DNA of 64,000 nucleotides, from positions 119,352,001 to 119,416,000 of the forward strand of contig CM059432.1 of the NCBI GenBank assembly GCA_030390025.1. The letters run 5' to 3'. Position 1 is the stretch's first letter; the number at the start of each line of letters is the position of its first letter. The position numbers and the translations under genes are program-made. Positions 10,901 to 25,356 of this stretch are shown here, piece by piece. Under the pieces are notes generated by a model. The model was not told the origin of the DNA and made no database searches. It worked only from the letters and a program-made list of their open reading frames with translations. Source of the stretch: Squalus acanthias. Taxonomy: Eukaryota.

Positions 10901-13900
10901 AGGGATGGAGGTAGGGGCAGGTGCAAGGGACAGGGGTAGGGGCATGTGCAAGGGACAAGGGTAGGAGCAGGTCCAAGGGACAGGTGCAAGGGACTGATGC
11001 AAGGGGCAGGTGCAAGGGATGGAGGTAGGGGCAGGTGCAAGGGACAGGGGTAGGGGCAGGTGGAAGGTACAGGTGAAAATGACAGGTGCAAGGGCAGGTG
11101 CAAGGGACAGGAGCAAGGGACAGGGGTAGGGGCAGGTGGAAGGGACAGGTGCAAACAACAGGTGCAAACGACAGGTGCAAGTTGCAGTTGCAAGTTGCAT
11201 GTGCAAGGGACAGGTGAAAGGGGCAGGGGTAGGGAGCAGGTGCAAGGGACAGGTACAAGGGGCAGGTGCAAGGGGCAGGTGCAAGGGATGGTGTAGGGGC
11301 AGGTGCAAGGGACAAGGGTAGGGGCAGGTGCAAGGGACAGGTGCAAGGGACAGAGGCAACGGGCAGGTGCAAGGGATGGAGGTTGGGGCAGGTGCAAGGG
11401 ACAAGGGTAGGGGCATTTGCAAGGGTTATGTGCAAGGGGCAGGTGCAAGGGACAGGGGTAGGGGCAGGTGGAAGGGACAGGTGCAAACAACAGGTGCAAA
11501 CGACAGGTGCAAACAACAGGTGCAAACGACAGGTGCAAAAAACAGGTGCAAGGGGCAGGTGTAAAGGACAGGTGCAAGGGGCATGTGCAAGGGACAGGTG
11601 CAAGGGGCAGGTTCAAGGGGCAGGTGCAAGGGGCAGGTGCAAGGGACAGGGGTAGGAGGCAGGTGCACGGGACAGGTGCAAGGGGCATGTGCAAGGGACA
11701 GGTGCAAGGGACAGATGCAAGGGGAAGGTGCAAGGGACAGGTGCAAGGGGCAGGTGGAAGGGACGGGTGCAAGGGACAGGTGCAAGGGGAAGGTGCAACG
11801 GGCAGGTGCAAGGGGCAGGTGCAAGGGGCTGGTGCAAGGGACAGGTGCAAGGGGCAGGTGCAAGGGGCAGGTGCAAGGGACAGGTGCAAGGGACAGGTGC
11901 AAGGTGCATGTGCAAGGGACGGGTGCAAGGGACAGGTGCAATGGGTGGGGTGTCTTCCAATCCCATCAAAGATCTGATGCAGTTGGGGTCAAAAGGAAAG
12001 TCAATCTCTCTATCGCCACGACTCCCAAGTGGCCAAACCTTTGTGCAATAATTATATTTCACAAAACAAACAGGTGCAAGGGGAAGGTGCACGGGGCTGG
12101 TGCAAGGGATAGGTGCAAGGGACAGGTGCAAGGAGCAGGTGCAAGGGGCAGGTGCAAGAGACAGGTGCAAGGGGCAGGTGCAAGGGATAGGTGCAAGAGA
12201 CAGGTGCAAGGGGCAGGTGCAAGGGGCAGGTGCAAGGGATAGGTGCAAGAGACAGGTGCAAGGGGCAGGTGCAAGGGGCAGGTGCAAGGGACAGGTGCAA
12301 GGGACAGGTGCAAGGGATGGGGGTAGGGCCAGATGCAAGGGGCAGGTCGAAGGGACAGGTGCAAATGACAGGTGCAAGGTGCAGGTGCAAGGGGCAGGTG
12401 CAAGGGACAGGTGCAAGGGGCGGGTGCAAGGAGCAGTTACAAGGAGCAGAGGTAGGGGGCATGTGCAAGGCACAGAGGTAGGAGCAAGGGTAGGGGCATG
12501 TGCAAGGGGCAGCGGTAGGGGCAGGCACAAGAGACAAGTGCAAGGGGCAGGTGCAAGGGACAGGTGCAAGGGACAGGTGCAAGGGGCAGGTGCAAGGGGC
12601 AGGTGCAAAGGACAGGTGCAAGGGACAGGTGCAAGGGACAGGTGCAAGGGGCAGGTGCAAGGGATGGGGGTAGGGGTAGGTGCAAGGGACAAGGGTAGGG
12701 GCAGGTGCAAGGGACAGATGCAAGGTGCAGGTGCAAGGGACAGGTGCAAATGACAAATACAAATGACAGGTGCAAGGGGCAGGTGCGAGGGACAGGTGCA
12801 AGGGGCAGTGGTAGGGGGCAGGTGCAAGGTACAGGGGTAGGGGGCAGGTGCAAGGGACAGCTGCAAGGGGTAGGTGCAAGGGACAGGTGAAAGGGACAGG
12901 TGCAAGGGGCAGGTGCAAGGGATGGTGTAGGGGCAGGTGCAAGGGACAAGGGTAGGGGCAGGTGCAAGGGACAGGTGCAAGGGGCAGGTGCCAGGGGAAG
13001 GTGCAAGGGATGGGGTAGGCGCAGTTGCAAGGGACACAGGTAGGGGCAGGTGCAAGGGACAGGTGCAAGGGGCAGGTGCAAGGGATAGGTACAAGGGGCA
13101 GGTGCAAGGGGCAGGTGCAAGGGATGGTGTAGGGGCAGGTGCAAGGGACAAGGGTAGGGGCAGGTGCAAGGGACAGGTGCAAGGGGCAGATGCCAGGGGA
13201 AGGTGCAAGGGATGGGGTAGGCGCAGTTGCAAGGGACACAGGTAGGGGCAGGTGCAAGGGACAGGTGCAAGGGGCAGGTGCAAGGATAGGTACAAGGGGC
13301 AGGTGCAAGGGGCAGGCGCAAGGGATGGTGTAGGGGCAGGTGCAAGGGACAAGGGTAGGGGCAGGTGCAAGGGACAGGTGCAAGGGACAGATGCAAGGGG
13401 CAGGTGCAAGGGATGGAGGTAGGGGCAGGTGTAAGGGACAAGGGTAGGGGCAGGTGCAAGGGTCATGTGCAAGGGGCAGGTGCAAGGGACAAGGGTAGGG
13501 GCAGGTGGAAGGGACAGGTGCAAATGACAGGTGCAAGGGGCAGATGCAAGGGACAGGAGCAAGGGACAGGGGTAGGGGCAGGTGGAAGGGACAGGTGCAA
13601 ACAACAGGTGCAAACGAGCGGTGCAAGGGGCCGTTGCAAGTTGCATGTGCAAGGGACAGGTGCAAGGGGCAGGGGTAGGGGGCAGGTGCAAGGGACAGGT
13701 ACAAGGGGCAGGTGCAAGGGGGAGGTGCAAGGGATGGTGTAGGGGCAGGTGCAAGGGACAGGTGCAAGGGACTGATGCAACGGGCAGGTGCAAGGGATGG
13801 AGGTAGTGGCAGTTGCAAGGGACAAGGGTAGGGGCATTTGTAAGGGTCATGTGCAAGGGGCAGGTGCAAGGGACAGGGGTAGGGGCAGGTGGAAGGGACA

Positions 13901-16900
13901 GGTGCAAACAACAGGTGCAAACGACAGGTGCAAGGGGCAGTTGCAAGTTGCATGTGCAAGGCACAGGTGCAAGGGGCAGGGGTAGGGGGCAGTTGCAAGG
14001 GAGAGGTGCAAGGGGCAGTTGTAAGTGGCATGTGCAAGGGGCAGGTGCAAGAGAGGGGTAGGAGGCAGGTGCAAGGGACAGGTGCAAGGGTCAGGTGACA
14101 GGGGCAGGTGCAAGGGCTGGGGTAGGGGCAGTTGCAAGGGACACAGGTAGGGGCAGGTGCAAGGGACAGGTGCAAGGGGCAGGTGCAAGGGGCAGGTGCA
14201 AGGGGCAGGTGCAAGGGACAGGGGTAGGAGGCAAGTGCAAGGGACAGGTGCAAGGGGCAGGTGCAAGTGACAGGTGCAAGGAACAGGTGCAAGGGGAAGG
14301 TGCAACGGGCAGGTGCAAGGGGCAGGTTCAAGGGGCAGGTGCAAGGGACAGGTGCAAGGGGCATGTGCAAGGGAGGGGTGCAAGGGACAGGTGCAAGGGG
14401 CAGGTGCAAGGGGCAGGTGCAAGGGACAGGTGCAATGGGTGGGGTGTCTTCCAATCCCATCAAAGATCTGATGCTATTGGGATCAAAAGGAAAGTCAATC
14501 TCTCTATCGCCATGACTCCCAAGTGGCCAAACCTTTGTGCAATTATTATATTTCACAAAACAAACAGGTGCAAGGGGCAGGTGCAAGGGACAGGTGCAAG
14601 GAGCAGGTGCAAGGGGCAGGTGCAAGGGACAGGAGTAAGGGACAGGTGCAAGGGATAGGTGCAAGAGACAGGTGCAAGGGACAGGTGCAAGGGGCAGGTG
14701 CAAGGGACAGGAGTAAGGGACAGGTGCAAGGGACAGGTGCAAGGGGCAGGTGGAAGGGACAGGTGCAAATGACAGGTGCAAGGTGCAGGTGCAAGGCGCA
14801 GGTGCAAGGGACAGGTGCAAGGGGCAGGTGCAAGGAGCAGGTACAAGGAGCATAGGTAGGGGCATGTGCAAGGCACAGAGATAGGAGCAAGGGTAGGGGC
14901 AGGTGCAAGGGGCAGCGGTAGGGGCAGGCGCAAGAGACAAGTGCAAAGGGCAGGTGCAAGGGACAGGTGCAAGGGACAGGTGCAAGGGGCAGGTGCAAGG
15001 GACAGATGCAAGGGACATGTGCAAGGGGCAGGTGCAAGGGGCAGGTGCATGGGACAGGTTCAAGGGGCAGGTGCAAGGGATAGGGGTAGGGGTAGGTGCA
15101 AGGGACAAGGGTCGGGGCAGGTGCAAGGGACAGGTGCAAGGGGCAGGTGCAAGGGACAGGTGCACGGGGCAGGTGCAAGTGACAGGTGCAAGGGGCAAGT
15201 GCAAGGGACTGGTGCAAGGGGCAGGTGCAAGGGGCAGGTGCAAGGGATGGTGCAGGGGCAGGTGCAAGGGACAAGGGTAGGGGCAGGTGCAAGGGGCGGT
15301 GCAAGGGGCAGGTGCCAGGGGCAGGTGCAAGGGATGGGGTAGGGGCAGTTGCAAGGGACACAGGGAGGGGCAGGTGCAAGGGACAGGTGCAAGGGGCAGG
15401 TGCAAGGGACAGGTGCAATGGGTGGGGTGTCTTCCAATCCCATCAAAGATCTGATGCTATTGGGATCAAAAGGAAAGTCAATCTCTCTATCGCCATGACT
15501 CCCAAGTGGCCAAACCTTTGTGCAATAATTATATTTCACAAAACAAACAGGTGCAAGGGGAAGGTGCACGGGGCTGGTGCAAGGGATAGGTGCAAGAGAC
15601 AGGTGCAAGGGACAGGTGCAAGGGGCAGGTGCAAGGGACAGTTGTAATGGACAGGTGCAAGGGGCAGGTGCAAGGGACAGATGCAAGGGACAGGTGCAAG
15701 GGACAGGTTCAAGGGGCAGGTGCAAGGGACAGGTGCAAGGGGCAGGTGCAAGGGATGGAGGTAGGGACAGGAGCAAGGGACAGGGGTAGGGGCAGGTGGA
15801 AGGGACAGGTGCAAACAACAGGTGCAAACGACAGGTGCAAGTTGCAGTTGCAAGTTGCATGTGCAAGGGACAGGTGAAAGGGGCAGGGGTAGGGAGCAGG
15901 TGCAAGGGACAGGTACAAGGGGCAGGTGCAAGGGGCAGGTGCAAGGGATGGTGTAGGGGCAGGTGCAAGGGACAAGGGTAGGGGCAGGTGCAAGGGACAG
16001 GTGCCAGGGACAGAGGCAACGGGCAGGTGCAAGGGATGGAGGTTGGGGCAGGTGCAAGGGACAAGGGTAGGGGCATTTGCAAGGGTTATGTGCAAGGGGC
16101 AGGTGCAAGGGACAGGGGTAGGGGCAGGTGGAAGGGACTGGTGCAAACAACAGGTGCAAACGACAGGTGCAAACAACAGGTGCAAACGACAGGTGCAAAA
16201 AACAGGTGCAAGGGGCAGGTGTAAAGGACAGGTGCAAGGGCATGTGCAAGGGACAGGTGCAAGGGGCAGGTTCAAGGGGCAGGTGCAAGGGGCAGGTGCA
16301 AGGGACAGGGGTAGGAGGCAGGTGCACGGGACAGGTGCAAGGGGCATGTGCAAGGGACAGGTGCAAGGGACAGATGCAAGGGGAAGGTGCAAGGGACAGG
16401 TGCAAGGGGCAGGTGGAAGGGACGGGTGCAAGGGACAGGTGCAAGGGGAAGGTGCAACGGGCAGGTGCAAGGGGCAGGTGCAAGGGGCTGGTGCAAGGGG
16501 CAGGTGCAAGGGGCAGTTGCAAGGGACAGGTGCAAGGGACAGGTTCAAGGGGCAGGTGCAAGGGATAGGGGTAGGGGTAGGTGCAAGGGACAAGGGTCGG
16601 GGCAGGTGCAAGGGACAGGTGCAAGGGGCATGTGCAAGGGACAGGTGCACGGGGCAGGTGCAAGTGACAGGTGCAAGGGGCAAGTGCAAGGGACTGGTGC
16701 AAGGGGCAGGTGCCAGGGGCAGGTGCAAGGGATGGGGTAGGGGCAGTTGCAAGGGACACAGGTAGGGGCAGGTGCAAGGGACAGGTGCAAGTGGCAAGTG
16801 CAAGGGACAGGTGCAATGGGTGGGGTGTCTTCCAATCCCATCAAAGATCTGATGCTATTGGGATCAAAAGGAAAGTCAATCTCTCTATCGCCATGACTCC

Positions 16901-19900
16901 CAAGTGGCCAAACCTTTGTGCAATTATTATATTTCACAAAACAAACAGGTGCAAGGGGCAGGTGCAAGGGATAGGTGCAAGAGACAGGTGCAAGGCACAG
17001 GTGCAAGGGGCAGGTGCAAGGGACAGTTGTAATGGACAGGTACAAGGGGCAGGTGCAAGGGACAGATGCAAGGGACAGGTGCAAGGGACAGGTTCAAGGG
17101 GCAGGTGCAAGGGATGGGGGTAGGGGAAGGTGCAAGGGACAAGGGTAGGGGCAGGTGCAAGGGACAGGTGCAAGGGGCAGGTGCAAGGGACAGGTGCAAG
17201 GGGCAGGTGCAAGGGACAGGTGCAAATGACAAATACAAAGACAGGTGCAAGGGGCAGGTGCAAAGGACAGGTGCAAGGGGCAGGGGTAGGGGGCAGGTGC
17301 AAGTGACAGGTGCAAGGGGCAAGTGCAAGGGACAGGTGCAAGGGGCAGGTGCAAGGGGCAGGTGCAAGGGATTGTGTAGGGGCAGGTGCAAGGGACAAGG
17401 GTAGGGGCAGGTGCAAGGGGCGGTGCAAGGGGCAGGTGCCAGGGGCAGGTGCAAGGGATGGGGTAGGGGCAGTTGCAAGGGACACAGGTAGGGTCAGGTG
17501 CAAGGGACAGGTGCAAGGGACAGGTGCAAGGGACAGGTGCAAGGGGCAGGTGCGAGGGGCAGGTGCAAGGGTTGGTGTAGGGGCAGGTGCCAGGGACAAG
17601 GGCAGGGGCAGGTGCAAGGGACAGGTTCAAGGGACAGATGCAAGGAGCAGGTACAAGGGATGGAGGTAGGGGCAGGTGTAAGGGACATGTGCAAGGGGCA
17701 GGTGCATGGGACAGGGGTAGGGGCAGGTGGAAGGGACAGGTGCAAATGACAGGTTCAAGGGGCAGGTGCAAGGGACAGGTGCAAGAGACAGGTGCAAGGG
17801 ACAGGTGCAAGGGACAGGTTCAAGGGGCAGGTGCAAGGGACAGGTGCAAGGGGCAGGTGCAAGGGATGGAGGTAGGGACAGGAGCAAGGGACAGGGGTAG
17901 GGGCAGGTGGAAGGGACAGGTGCAAACAACAGGTGCAAACGACAGGTGCAAGTTGCATGTGCAAGGGACAGGTGAAAGGGGCAGGGGTAGGGAGCAGGTG
18001 CAAGGGACAGGTACAAGGGGCAGGTGCAAGGGGCAGGTGCAAGGGATGGTGTAGGGGCAGGTGCAAGGGACAAGGGTAGGGGCAGGTGCAAGGGACAGGT
18101 GCCAGGGACAGAGGCAACGGGCAGGTGCAAGGGATGGAGGTTGGGGCAGGTGCAAGGGACAAGGGTAGGGGCATTTGCAAGGGTTATGTGCAAGGGGCAG
18201 GTGCAAGGGACAGGGGTAGGGGCAGGTGGAAGGGACTGGTGCAAACAACAGGTGCAAACGACAGGTGCAAACAACAGGTGCAAACGACAGGTGCAAAAAA
18301 CAGGTGCAAGGGGCAGGTGTAAAGGACAGGTGCAAGGGGCATGTGCAAGGGACAGGTGCAAGGGGCAGGTTCAAGGGGCAGGTGCAAGGGGCAGGTGCAA
18401 GGGACAGGGGTAGGAGGCAGGTGCACGGGACAGGTGCAAGGGGCATGTGCAAGGGACAGGTGCAAGGGACAGATGTAAGGGGAAGGTGCAAGGGACAGGT
18501 GCAAGGGGCAGGTGGAAGGGACGGGTGCAAGGGACAGGTGCAAGGGGAAGGTGCAACGGGCAGGTGCAAGGGGCAGGTGCAAGGGGCTGGTGCAAGGGGC
18601 AGGTGCAAGGGGCAGTTGCAAGGGACAGGTGCAAGGGACAGGTGCAAGGTGCATGTGCAAGGGACGGGTGCAAGGGACAGGTGCAATGGGTGGGGTGTCT
18701 TCCAATCCCATCAAAGATCTGATGCAGTTGGGGTCAAAAGGAAAGTCAATCTCTCTATCGCCACGACTCCCAAGTGGCCAAACCTTTGTGCAATAATTAT
18801 ATTTCACAAAACAAACAGGTGCAAGGGGAAGGTGCACGGGGCTGGTGCAAGGGATAGGTGCAAGGGACAGGTGCAAGGAGCAGGTGCAAGATGCTGGTGC
18901 AAGGGGCAGGTGCAAGGGATAGGTGCAAGAGACAGGTGCAAGGGACAGGTGCAAGGGGCAGGTGCAAGGGACAGGTGCAAGGGGCAGGTGCAAGGGGCAG
19001 GTGCAAGGGACAGGTGCAAGGGACAGGTGCAAGGGATGGGGGTAGGGCCAGATGCAAGGGGCAGGTCGAAGGGACAGGTGCAAATGACAGGTGCAAGGTG
19101 CAGGTGCAAGGGGCAGGTGCAAGGGACAGGTGCAAGGGGCGGGTGCAAGGAGCAGTTACAAGGAGCAGAGGTAGGGGGCATGTGCAAGGCACAGAGGTAG
19201 GAGCAAGGGTAGGGGCATGTGCAAGGGGCAGCGGTAGGGGCAGGCACAAGAGACAAGTGCAAGGGGCAGGTGCAAGGGACAGGTGCAAGGGACAGGTGCA
19301 AGGGGCAGGTGCAAAGGACAGGTGCAAGGGACAGGTGCAAGGGACAGGTGCAAGGGGCAGGTGCAAGGGATGGGGGTAGGGGTAGGTGCAAGGGACAAGG
19401 GTAGGGGCAGGTGCAAGGGACAGATGCAAGGTGCAGGTGCAAGGGACAGGTGCAAGGGGCAGGTGCAAGGGACAGGTGTAGGGGCAGGTGGAAGGGACAG
19501 GTGCAAATGACAAATACAAATGACAGGTGCAAGGGGCAGGTGCGAGGGACAGGTGCAAGGGGCAGTGGTAGGGGGTAGGTGCAAGGGACAGGGGTAGGGG
19601 GCAGGTGCAAGGGACAGCTGCAAGGGGTAGGTGCAAGGGACAGGTGAAAGGGACAGGTGCAAGGGGCAGGTGCAAGGGATGGTGTAGGGGCAGGTGCAAG
19701 GGACAAGGGTAGGGGCAGGTGCAAGGGACAGGTGCAAGGGGCAGGTGCCAGGGGAAGGTGCAAGGGATGGGGTAGGCGCAGTTGCAAGGGACACAGGTAG
19801 GGGCAGGTGCAAGGGACAGGTGCAAGGGGCAGGTGCAAGGGATAGGTACAAGGGGCAGGTGCAAGGGGCAGGTGCAAGGGATGGTGTAGGGGCAGGTGCA

Positions 19901-22900
19901 AGGGACAAGGGTAGGGGCAGGTGCAAGGGACAGGTGCAAGGGGCAGATGCCAGGGGAAGGTGCAAGGGATGGGGTAGGCGCAGTTGCAAGGGACACAGGT
20001 AGGGGCAGGTGCAAGGGACAGGTGCAAGGGGCAGGTGCAAGGATAGGTACAAGGGGCAGGTGCAAGGGGCAGGCGCAAGGGATGGTGTAGGGGCAGGTGC
20101 AAGGGACAAGGGTAGGGGCAGGTGCAAGGGACAGGTGCAAGGGACAGATGCAAGGGGCAGGTGCAAGGGACAGGGTTAGGGGCAGGTGGAAGGGACAGGT
20201 GCAAATGACAGGTGCAAGGGGCAGATGCAAGGGACAGGAGCAAGGGACAGGGGTAGGGGCAGGTGGAAGGGACAGGTGCAAACAACAGGTGCAAACGAGC
20301 GGTGCAAGGGGCCGTTGCAAGTTGCATGTGCAAGGGACAGGTGCAAGGGGCAGGGGTAGGGGGCAGGTGCAAGGGACAGGTACAAGGGGCAGGTGCAAGG
20401 GATGGAGGTAGTGGCAGGTGCAAGGGACAAGGGTAGGGGCATTTGCAAGGGTCATGTGCAAGGGGCAGGTGCAAGGGACAGGGGTAGGGGCAGGTGGAAG
20501 GGACAGGTGCAAACAACAGGTGCAAACGACAGGTGCAAGGGGCAGTTGAAAGTTGCATGTGCAAGGGACAGGTGCAAGGGGCAGGGGTAGGGGGCAGTTG
20601 CAAGGGAGAGGTGCAAGGGGCAGTTGTAAGTGGCATGTGCAAGGTGCAGGTGCAAGAGAGGGGTAGGAGGCAGGTGCAAGGGACAGGTGCAAGGGTCAGG
20701 TGACAGGGGCAGGTGCAAGGGATGGGGTAGGGGCAGTTGCAAGGGACACAGGTAGGGGCAGGTGCAAGGGACAGGTGCAAGGGGCAGGTGCAAGGGGCAG
20801 GTGCAAGGGACAGGTGCAAGGGGCAGGTGCAAGGGACGGGTGCAAGGGACAGGTGCAAGGGGCAGATACAAGCGACAGGTGCAAGGGGCAGGTGCAAGGG
20901 ACAGGTGCAAGGGGCAGGTGCAAGGGACGGGTGCAAGGGTCAGGTGCAAGGGGCAGGTGCAAGGGACAGGGGTAGGGGCAGGTGGAAGGGTAGGTGCACA
21001 CGACAGGTGCAAAAAACAGGTGCAAGTAGCAGGTGTAAAGGACAGGTGCAGGTGGCAGGGGTAGGGGGCAGGTGCAAGGGACTGGTGCAAGGAGCAGGTG
21101 CAAGGGACAGGTGCAAGAGGCAGGTGTAAGGGACAGGGGTAGGAGGCAGGTGTAAGGGACAGGTGCAACGGGCAGGTGCCAGGGGCAGTTGCAAGGGATG
21201 GGGTAGGGGCAGTTGCAAGGGACACAGGTAGGGGCAGGTGCAAGGGACAGGTGCAAGGGGCAGGTGCAATGGGCAGGTGCAAGGGGCAGGTGCAAGGGAC
21301 AGGGGTAGGAGGCAGGTGCAAGGGACAGGTGCAAGGGGCAGGTGCAAGGGACAGGTGCAATGGGCAGGTGCAAGGGACGGGTGCAAGGGACAGGTGCAAG
21401 GGGCAGGTGCAAGGGACAGGTGCAAGGGGCAGGTGCAAGGGACAGGTGCAACGGACAGGTGCAAGGGGCAGGTGCAAGGGACAGGTGCAAGGGGCAGGTG
21501 CAAGGGACGGGTGCAAGGGACATGTGCAAGGGGCAGGTGCAAGGGGCAGTTGCAAGGGACAGGTGCAAGGGGCAGGTGCAAGGGACGGGTGCAAGGGACA
21601 GGTGCAAGGGGCAGGTGCAAGGGGCAGTTACAAGGGACAGGTGCAAGGGGCAGGTGCAAGGGACGGGAGCAAGGGACAGGTACAATGGGCAGGTGCAAGG
21701 GGCAGGTGCAAGGGACAGGGGTGGGGGCAGGTGGAAGGGTAGGTGCAAACGACAGGTGCAAAAAACTTTTGCAAGGGGCAGGTGTAAAGGACAGCTGCAA
21801 GGGGCAGTGGTAGGGGCAGGTGCAAGGGACAGGTGAAAGGGACAGGGGTAGGAGGCAAGTGCAAGGGACAGGTGCAAGGGGCAGGTGCAAGTGACAGGTG
21901 CAAGGAACAGGTGCAAGGGGAAGGTGCAACGGGCAGGTGCAAGGGGCAGGTTCAAGGGGCAGGTGCAAGGGACAGGTGCAAGGGGCATGTGCAAGGGAGG
22001 GGTGCAAGGGACAGGTGCAATGGGTGGGGTGTCTTCCAATCCCATCAAAGATCTGATGCTATTGGGATCAAAAGGAAAGTCAATCTCTCTATCGCCATGA
22101 CTCCCAAGTGGCCAAACCTTTGTGCAATTATTATATTTCACAAAACAAACAGGTGCAAGGGACAGGTGCAAGGAGCAGGTGCAAGGAGCAGGTGCAAGGG
22201 ATAGGTGCAAGAGACAGGTGCAAGGGACAGGTGCAAGGGGCAGGTGCAAGGGACAGGAGTAAGGGACAGGTGCAAGAGACAGGTGCAGGGGACAGGTGCA
22301 AGGGATGGGGGTAGGGCCAGATGCAAGGGGCAGGTGGAAGGGACAGGTGCAAATGACAGGTGCAAGGTGCAGGTGCAAGGCGCAGGTGCAAGGGACAGGT
22401 GCAAGGGGCAGGTGCAAGGAGCAGGTACAAGGAGCAGAGGTAGGGGGCATGTGCAAGGCACAGAGATAGGAGCAAGGGTAGGGGCAGGTGCAAGGGGCAG
22501 CGGTAGGGGCAGGCGCAAGAGACAAGTGCAAAGGGCAGGTGCAAGGGACAGGTGCAAGGGACAGGTGCAAGGGGCAGGTGCAAGGGACAGATGCAAGGGA
22601 CATGTGCAAGGGGCAGGTGCAAGGGGCAGGTGCAAGGGACAGGTTCAAGGGGCAGGTGCAAGGGGCATGTGCAAGGGACAGGTGCACGGGGCAGGTGCAA
22701 GTGACAGGTGCAAGGGGCAAGTGCAAGGGACTGGTGCAAGGGGCAGGTGCCAGGGGCAGGTGCAAGGGATGTGGTAGGGGCAGTTGCAAGGGACACAGGT
22801 AGGGGCAGGTGCAAGGGACAGGTGCAAGTGGCAAGTGCAAGGGACAGGTGCAATGGGTGGGGTGTCTTCCAATCCCATCAAAGATCTGATGCTATTGGGA

Positions 22901-24593
22901 TCAAAAGGAAAGTCAATCTCTCTATCGCCATGACTCCCAAGTGGCCAAACCTTTGTGCAATTATTATATTTCACAAAACAAACAGGTGCAAGGGGCAGGT
23001 GCAAGGGACAGGTGCAAGGAGCAGGTGCAAGGGGCAGGTGCAAGGAGCAGGTGCAAGGGGCAGGTGCAAGGGACAGTTGTAATGGACAGGTACAAGGGGC
23101 AGGTGCAAGGGACAGATGCAAGGGACAGGTGCAAGGGACAGGTTCAAGGGGCAGGTGCAAGGGATGGGGGTAGGGGAAGGTGCAAGGGACAAGGGTAGGG
23201 GCAGGTGCAAGGGACAGGTGCAAGGGGCAGGTGCAAGGGACAGGTGCAAGGGGCAGGTGCAAGGGACAGGTGCAAATGACAAATACAAAGACAGGTGCAA
23301 GGGGCAGGTGCAAAGGACAGGTGCAAGGGGCAGGGGTAGGGGGCAGGTGCAAGTGACAGGTGCAAGGGGCAAGTGCAAGGGACAGGTGCAAGGGGCAGGT
23401 GCAAGGGGCAGGTGCAAGGGATTGTGTAGGGGCAGGTGCAAGGGACAAGGGTAGGGGCAGGTGCAAGGGGCGGTGCAAGGGGCAGGTGCCAGGGGCAGGT
23501 GCAAGGGATGGGGTAGGGGCAGTTGCAAGGGACACAGGTAGGGTCAGGTGCAAGGGACAGGTGCAAGGGACAGGTGCAAGGGACAGGTGCAAGGGGCAGG
23601 TGCGAGGGGCAGGTGCAAGGGTTGGTGTAGGGGCAGGTGCCAGGGACAAGGGTAGGGGCAGGTGCAAGGGACAGGTTCAAGGGACAGATGCAAGGAGCAG
23701 GTACAAGGGATGGAGGTAGGGGCAGGTGTAAGGGACAAGGGTAGGGGCAGGTGCAAGGGACATGTGCAAGGGGCAGGTGCATGGGACAGGGGTAGGGGCA
23801 GGTGGAAGGGACAGGTGCAAATGACAGGTTCAAGGGGCAGGTGCAAGGGACAGGGGTAGGGGCAGGTGGAAGGGACAGGTGCAAACAACAAGTGCAAATG
23901 ACAGGTGCAAGGGGCAGTTGCAAGTTGCATGTGCAAGGGACAGGTGCAAGGGACAGGTGCAAGGGGCAGGTGCAAGGGTCAGGTGCAAGGGGCAGGTGCA
24001 AGGGATGGGGTAGGGTCAGTTGCAAGGGACACAGGTAGGGGCAGGTGCAAGGGACAGGTGCAAGGAGCAGGTGCAAGAGGCAGGTGCAAGGGGCAGGTGC
24101 AAGGGACAGGGGTAGGAGGCAGGTGCAAGGGACAGGTGCAAGGGGCAGTTGCAAGGGACAGGTGCCAGGGGCAGGTGCAAGGGACGGGTGCAAGGGACAG
24201 GTGCAAGGGACAGGTGCAAGGGGCATGTGCAAGGGACGGCTGCAAGGGACAGGTGTAAGGGGCAGGTGCAAGGGAAAGGTGCAAGGGGCAGGTGCAAGGG
24301 ACAGGTGCAAGGGGCAGCTGCAAGGGATGGGTGCAAGGGACAGGTGCAAGGGGCAGGTGCAAGGGGCAGGTGCAAGGGACAGGTGCAAGGGACAGGTGCA
24401 AGTGGCATGTGCAAGGGACGGGTGCAAGGGACATGTGCAAGGGGAAGGTGCAAGGGGCAGGTGCAAGGGACAGGGGCAACGGGTAGGGTGTCTTCCAATC
24501 CCATCAAAGATCTGATGCTATTGGGGTCAAAAGGAAAGTCAATCTCTCTGTCGCCACGACTCCCAAGTGGCCAAACCTTTGTGCAATAATTAT

Positions 24594-25356
24594 GGCCCAG
24601 AAATTAAACAGTGAGGGTTCCCGCGGGGGTAAGGATTCCCCGCGATATCGCACTCCGCGCCTACCTTTTTGCTCCGGGCCAACACGAACTTTAGTTTGAA
24701 AGGCTCTCTCTCTTGGAACCATGCAGTGCTTGCGTGACCCAGAGACGCAATTAGTTCGTGCGAGCTCTGGGATCACGTGATTCAGTTAGAGCCAATGGCA
24801 GCACACCATCTTTCATTCATAGTTTTGACAGGAAGACCTGTCAAAGCTATGAATACTACACCCCCCCAAAAGAACAGCTACACCGCAATTAATTAAAAAA
24901 AAAAGCCATCACATTAATAAAATAAGTATAGTTAAATAAATTAACCACTTTAAACAAAAAATTAAATTTTTGAAAAATGTTTAAATCTTTTTAAAAGTTA
25001 TAAAAATAAACTTACCTTTCTTTACAGTCTCTAAAAAAGATAAACCTGTTGAAAAAATTTAAAATAACACTTAATTAACTACTTACCTTGTTAAAAGGGT
25101 GTCCTACGCCTGCTTTCTTTACGTGTAAAATCTTCACCACTTACCTGCGCGTTCAAAGCTGAAAAAATATCTAAGTGCACTGCGTGCGCACAGCCTGTAG
25201 CGCGCACACGGTTCACTTAGGAACCGCCCCCTTTTCAATTCACGAAGTGCCGGTTTCCCGCGCATGCGCAGTGCATGCAAAAAACCGGCAATTCGGGATC
25301 TATTACGCGAGAGAACACAGTGCGTACTCTCGCGTATTAGGTTTAATTTTCGGGCC
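24594..25356. mobile_element. Non-autonomous PIF/Harbinger-type MITE (763 bp) inserted in island copy 11
   Basis: TIRs GGCCCAGAAATTAAAC / GTTTAATTTTCGGGCC (14/16). A 3-bp TSD TAT (24591-24593, 25357-25359) is confirmed against empty islands (AATAAT-TAT-ATTTCAC). AT-rich core with GC-rich subterminal hairpins. Confidence 0.9.
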
